From NCBI RefSeq assembly GCF_006345805.1, contig NC_042998.1, positions 206,584,001-206,648,000 on the forward strand: 64,000 nt of DNA, in the 5' to 3' direction. A program made the position numbers and the translations under genes. The DNA is from Octopus sinensis (taxonomy: Eukaryota). Of the stretch, positions 60,135 to 64,000 are shown one piece after another; the stretch's first letter is position 1; each line of letters starts with the position of its first letter. The notes beneath the pieces were generated by a model, which saw only the letters and a list, made by a program, of their open reading frames with translations, was not told where the DNA came from and ran no database searches.

Positions 60135-60390
60135 TTCATCATCATCATCACCATCATTTAATGTCTGCTTTCCATGCTGGCATGGGTTGGACGGTTTGAC
60201 TGGGGTCTGGCAAGCCAGGAGGCTGCACCAGGCTCCAATCTTCATCTGGCAAAGTTTCTACAGCTGGATACCCTTCTTGATGCCAACCACTCCGAGAGTG
60301 TAGTGGGTGCTTTTTACATGCCACTGGTACAGGGGCCAGTCAGGGGGCACTGGCATCGACCACCCACGAATGGTGCTATTTATGTGCCAT
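60135..60390 (-). mobile_element. RTE 3' UTR fragment
   Basis: Family similarity. Confidence 0.85.
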
Positions 60391-60404
60391 TGTTGTCTTT
60401 TTAA

Positions 60405-60907
60405 ATTTCAGGTGGTGAGCTGACAGAATCGTTAGCATGCCGTCAAAATGCTTCGCGGCAGTTCATCCATTTTATGTTCTGGGTTCAAATCTCATTGAGG
60501 CTAAATTTGCTTTCATTGTTTTGTGGTTTTTTCTTTTATTCATTTATTTGTTTCAATCATTTGACTGTGGCCATGCTGGAGCACCACCTTTTAGTCGAGC
60601 AAATCGACAACCCCAAGACTTATTTTTTGTAAGCCTGGTACTTATTCTATTGGTCTGTTTTGCCGAACCGCAAAGTTATGGGGATGTAAACACACCAACA
60701 TCAGTTGTCAAGCAATGGTGAGGGGAACGAACACAGAAACACACACACATATACGACAGGCTTCTTTCAGTTTCCGTCTACGAAATCTACTCGCAAGGCT
60801 TTGATCATCCTGAGGCTATAGTAGAAGACATTTGCCCAAGCTGTCATGCAGTGGGACTGAACCTGGAACCATGTGGTTGGAAAGTAAGCCTTTTATCACA
60901 CAGCCAC
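60405..60907. mobile_element. SINE B 5' part (plus, 60405-60520) abutting SINE A (minus, 60540-60907)
   Basis: Family similarity. Confidence 0.82.
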
Positions 60908-61204
60908 ATTTTAAAGTGGTAAATATTTTCTCTTTCAAAATTATTATTCATTTGTGTCTAGGGAGAGTCATTCTCTAATTTTAGAAAAATTAAAAAGAAA
61001 TAAGTGGAAATTTTACAAGTGAGTGTGTTAAATTATAAGGCACTAAAAGAGAATGACTCTCCCCAGACACAACAGAATATGCTTCAACACACGAACTCAT
61101 ATTAAGAATCTTGCAAACCAAATCCAAAAACGAAATAGTATTCATTATTTCATCATTTTGTATAAGTACCTAGAAATTTGATAGGAGTTAAATTATAATT
61201 ATTG

Positions 61205-61705
61205 TATTATTCACATTTGATGGATATTTGTCCTCATCTTGTTTGTTGTTAACACAACATTTCGGCTGATATACCCTCCAGCCTTCATCAGGTGTCTTGG
61301 GGAAATTTCAAACCTGGGTTCTCATTCCTAAGGTATTTTTCAATGTTATTATTATTATTCTGTTGTGTCTGGGGAGAGTCATTTTCTTTTTGTGCCTTAT
61401 AATCTAACACACTCACCAATAAAATTTCCATTTATTTCTCTTTATTTTTCTAAAATTTTCGTTGCATCTTGCAGCCTTTACAATAGTTTTGACTCCTATT
61501 ATTATTATTATTATTATTATTATTCAATTCTATATTTAACAGGAGGAATTATTTACATTATTTACATTTGACGGATATTTGTCCTCATCTTGTTTGTTGT
61601 TAACACAATGTTTTGGCTGATATATTCTCCAGCCTTCATCAGGTGTCTTGGGGAAATTTCAAACCTGGGTTCTCATTCCTAAGGTATTTTTTGATGTTAT
61701 TATTA
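61205..61705 (-). mobile_element. Two direct copies of the hammerhead-bearing repeat (61205-61350 and 61540-61705)
   Basis: Motifs at 61251-61296 (GAAAT only change) and 61602-61647 (AAAAC-ATT, core broken). Confidence 0.8.
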
Positions 61706-61764
61706 TTATCATTATTATTTGGCCCTTGTGCCGGTGGCACGTAAAAGCACCCACTACACTCTTC

Positions 61765-62448
61765 GAGGACTTATTCTTTGTAAGCCTAGTACTTATACTA
61801 TCGGTCTCTTTTGCTGAACTGCTAAGTTATGGGGACATAAACACACCAACATTGGTTATCAAGTGATGGTTGGTGGGGGGCACAAACACAGAAACACAAA
61901 TACATATATGGAGTGGCTATAGGTGCAAGAATGGCTGTGTGATAAGAAGCTTGCTTCCCAACCACATGGTTCCGGGTTCAGTCCCACTGTGTGACACCTT
62001 GAGCAAGTGTCTTTACTATAGTCCCAGGCTGTCCAAAGCCATGTGAATGGATTTACCAGATGGAAACTGAAAGAAGCCTGTCATATATGTATACATTTTT
62101 GTGTGTGTCTGCGTTTGTCCCTCCTCCTTCATTTCACAACCGATGTTGGTGTGTTTGCATCCCCACAACTGAATGGTTTGGCAATAGAGACTGATAGAAT
62201 AAGTCCTGGGGTCGATTCATTCAACTAAAGGTGGTGCTCCAGCATGGTCACCATGAAATGCCTGAAACAAGTAAAAGAATAAAAGAATATATACAACAGG
62301 CTTCTTTCAGTTTCCACCTACCAAATTCACTCACAAGGCTTTGGTCGGCCCAAGGCTATAGAAAAAAAACACTTGCCCAAGGTGCCATGCAGTGGGACTG
62401 AACCTGGAACCATGCAGGTGGAAAGCAAGCCTCTTACCACACAGCCAC
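61765..62448. mobile_element. SINE A cluster (minus fragment, plus copy 61925-62285, minus 5' half 62295-62448)
   Basis: Family A similarity. Confidence 0.85.
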
Positions 62449-62451
62449 TAT

Positions 62452-62855
62452 ACAATTCCTAGATCTGTGCATTGGTATTTAGGGAGCAAGGCAGGCATCT
62501 CTTTTATTTAATGGTGTTTAGTAGGCACAGCTTTAAGCGTGGGCAGATCTTGCGTTAGGTCTGGGTTTAGCTGAGATATTTACCGAGTTTGTCTGCTGGA
62601 GTCTGTCATAACAGAACGTACAGAAGCGTTCAGATTGCAATGTTTACTCTTGTAAATTTGGAACTTTGAACTTCGAGATTGGTGTCGAATTCTTTCCATC
62701 ATCTTCATTCGGTGATAATGTTCCAGGTGAAAATTAGTTTCCACTAATTTGTGATCCACCCACTTAAATAATGTTGCTCGCTTGTTGTTTCTTCAAATTG
62801 CAGACTTTTAATGAAGCATCTGATTAAGGGTGGCAGCGTCCGCCTATTGCATGTA
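62452..62855 (-). mobile_element. Possible second decayed Penelope-like fragment
   Basis: Broken minus frames (PLIRCFIKSL...FKVPNL...KYQCTDLGIV) loosely parallel the 38.3-38.8 kb region just upstream of GIY-YIG. Confidence 0.35.
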
Positions 62856-62860
62856 AGTGT

Positions 62861-62903
<43 letters not shown>

Positions 62904-62946
62904 GAGGTGGTGGTTGTGACTTGTTTATCAGGTAACTTGTTTATAG

Positions 62947-63110
62947 GCGCAGGAGTAGCTGTGTGGTAAGTAGCTTGCTAACCAGCCACATGGTTCCGGG
63001 TTCAGTCCCACTGCGTGGAACCTTGGGTAAGTGTCTTCTGCTATAGCCCTGGGCCGACCAAAGCCTTGTGAGTGGATTTGGTAGACGGAAACTGAAAGAA
63101 GCCTGTCGTA

Positions 63111-63157
<47 letters not shown>

Positions 63158-63357
63158 GTGTCTGTGTTTGTCCCCCTAGCATTGCTTGACAACCGATGCT
63201 GGTGTGTTTACGTCCCCGTCACTTAGCGGTTCGGCAAAAGAGACCAATAGAATAAGTACTGGGCTTACAAAATAATAAGTCCCGGGGTCGATTTGCTCGA
63301 CTAAAGGTGGTGCTCCAGCATGGCCACAGTCAAATGACTGAAACAAGTAAAAGAGTA
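62947..63357 (+). mobile_element. SINE family A
   Basis: Full length, close to consensus. Confidence 0.92.
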
Positions 63358-63774
63358 ACTTTTTCTCCGAAGACTCTTTTTTTCTTTGGATTCCTCAACA
63401 TTTGTCTCTTCACAGAATAAATCTAGGTTACTTCACCAGTTGCAATATGCTATCTTCTACAATCTTTGGTAAAATGGGAACATTTTTTGCAGATATTCCT
63501 GTGTGTTTCTGGCAGCAATATTTCACAACAATCAATTATTCAAAGCTAATAAGACACTCTGCCATTCTGCTAATTATCTTGCATTGTACAGGCTTCATTG
63601 AAGCTTACACACAGAATTTCTCATCATTCTTGGAACGGCGCCAAATTATCAGAAATGGCAGACACACCCCACTAAATATTTTGAAGTATTTATTTGCAGC
63701 ACTCTATTTTGAGGGTTCAAATCCTGCCGAGTTCATTTTGGCCCCTCATTTCTTACACTAATATTTCTTTAACT

Positions 63775-64000
63775 TTTAGCTGCTTCAGTCATTTGACTGC
63801 GGCCATGCTGGGGCAACACCTTGAAGAATTTTTAATTGAATGGATTGGCTCCGGTACTTATTTTTTTAATAAAACCTGATATTAATTTTATTGGTCTCTT
63901 TTGCTGAATTGCTAATGTTACAGGGACATAAACAAACCAACACTGGTTGCCAAATGGTGGTGGGAGACAAACACAGATACAAAGACACACACACACAAAC
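63775..64000 (-). mobile_element. SINE family A 3' half, running off the window
   Basis: Family A similarity. Confidence 0.8.

Noticed and set aside
63402-63761. 119-aa ORF in apparently unique sequence
   Set aside because: No domain, codon or splice support; its 3' end runs into a SINE B remnant.

Overview
Eukaryotic, AT-rich, repeat-saturated DNA, most consistent with an Octopus (coleoid cephalopod) intron or intergenic region. The taxon call rests on my recognition of the SINE/LINE landscape, not on a database search. I can support no complete host protein-coding gene, rRNA, true tRNA gene or CRISPR array; nearly all listed ORFs are translations of microsatellites or decayed transposons. 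The window holds several tRNA-derived SINE families (labelled A-D here); RTE, CR1, R4/Dong-like and Penelope-like retroelement fragments; and mariner, ITmD37D, hAT, Helitron-like and MITE DNA elements, often nested. Highlights: (1) an intact minimal type I hammerhead ribozyme in a dispersed Penelope-like repeat, with three decayed sister copies and two further hammerhead-like variants; (2) a 2.6-kb 27-bp satellite born from the stop-codon region of a hAT transposase, each unit reading ATG-7 codons-TGA; (3) SINE multimers with the same junction at two loci; (4) several near-perfect foldback structures; (5) a candidate first coding exon on the minus strand at 3.7 kb. Most boundaries are approximate to about 10 bp unless TIRs or TSDs are quoted.
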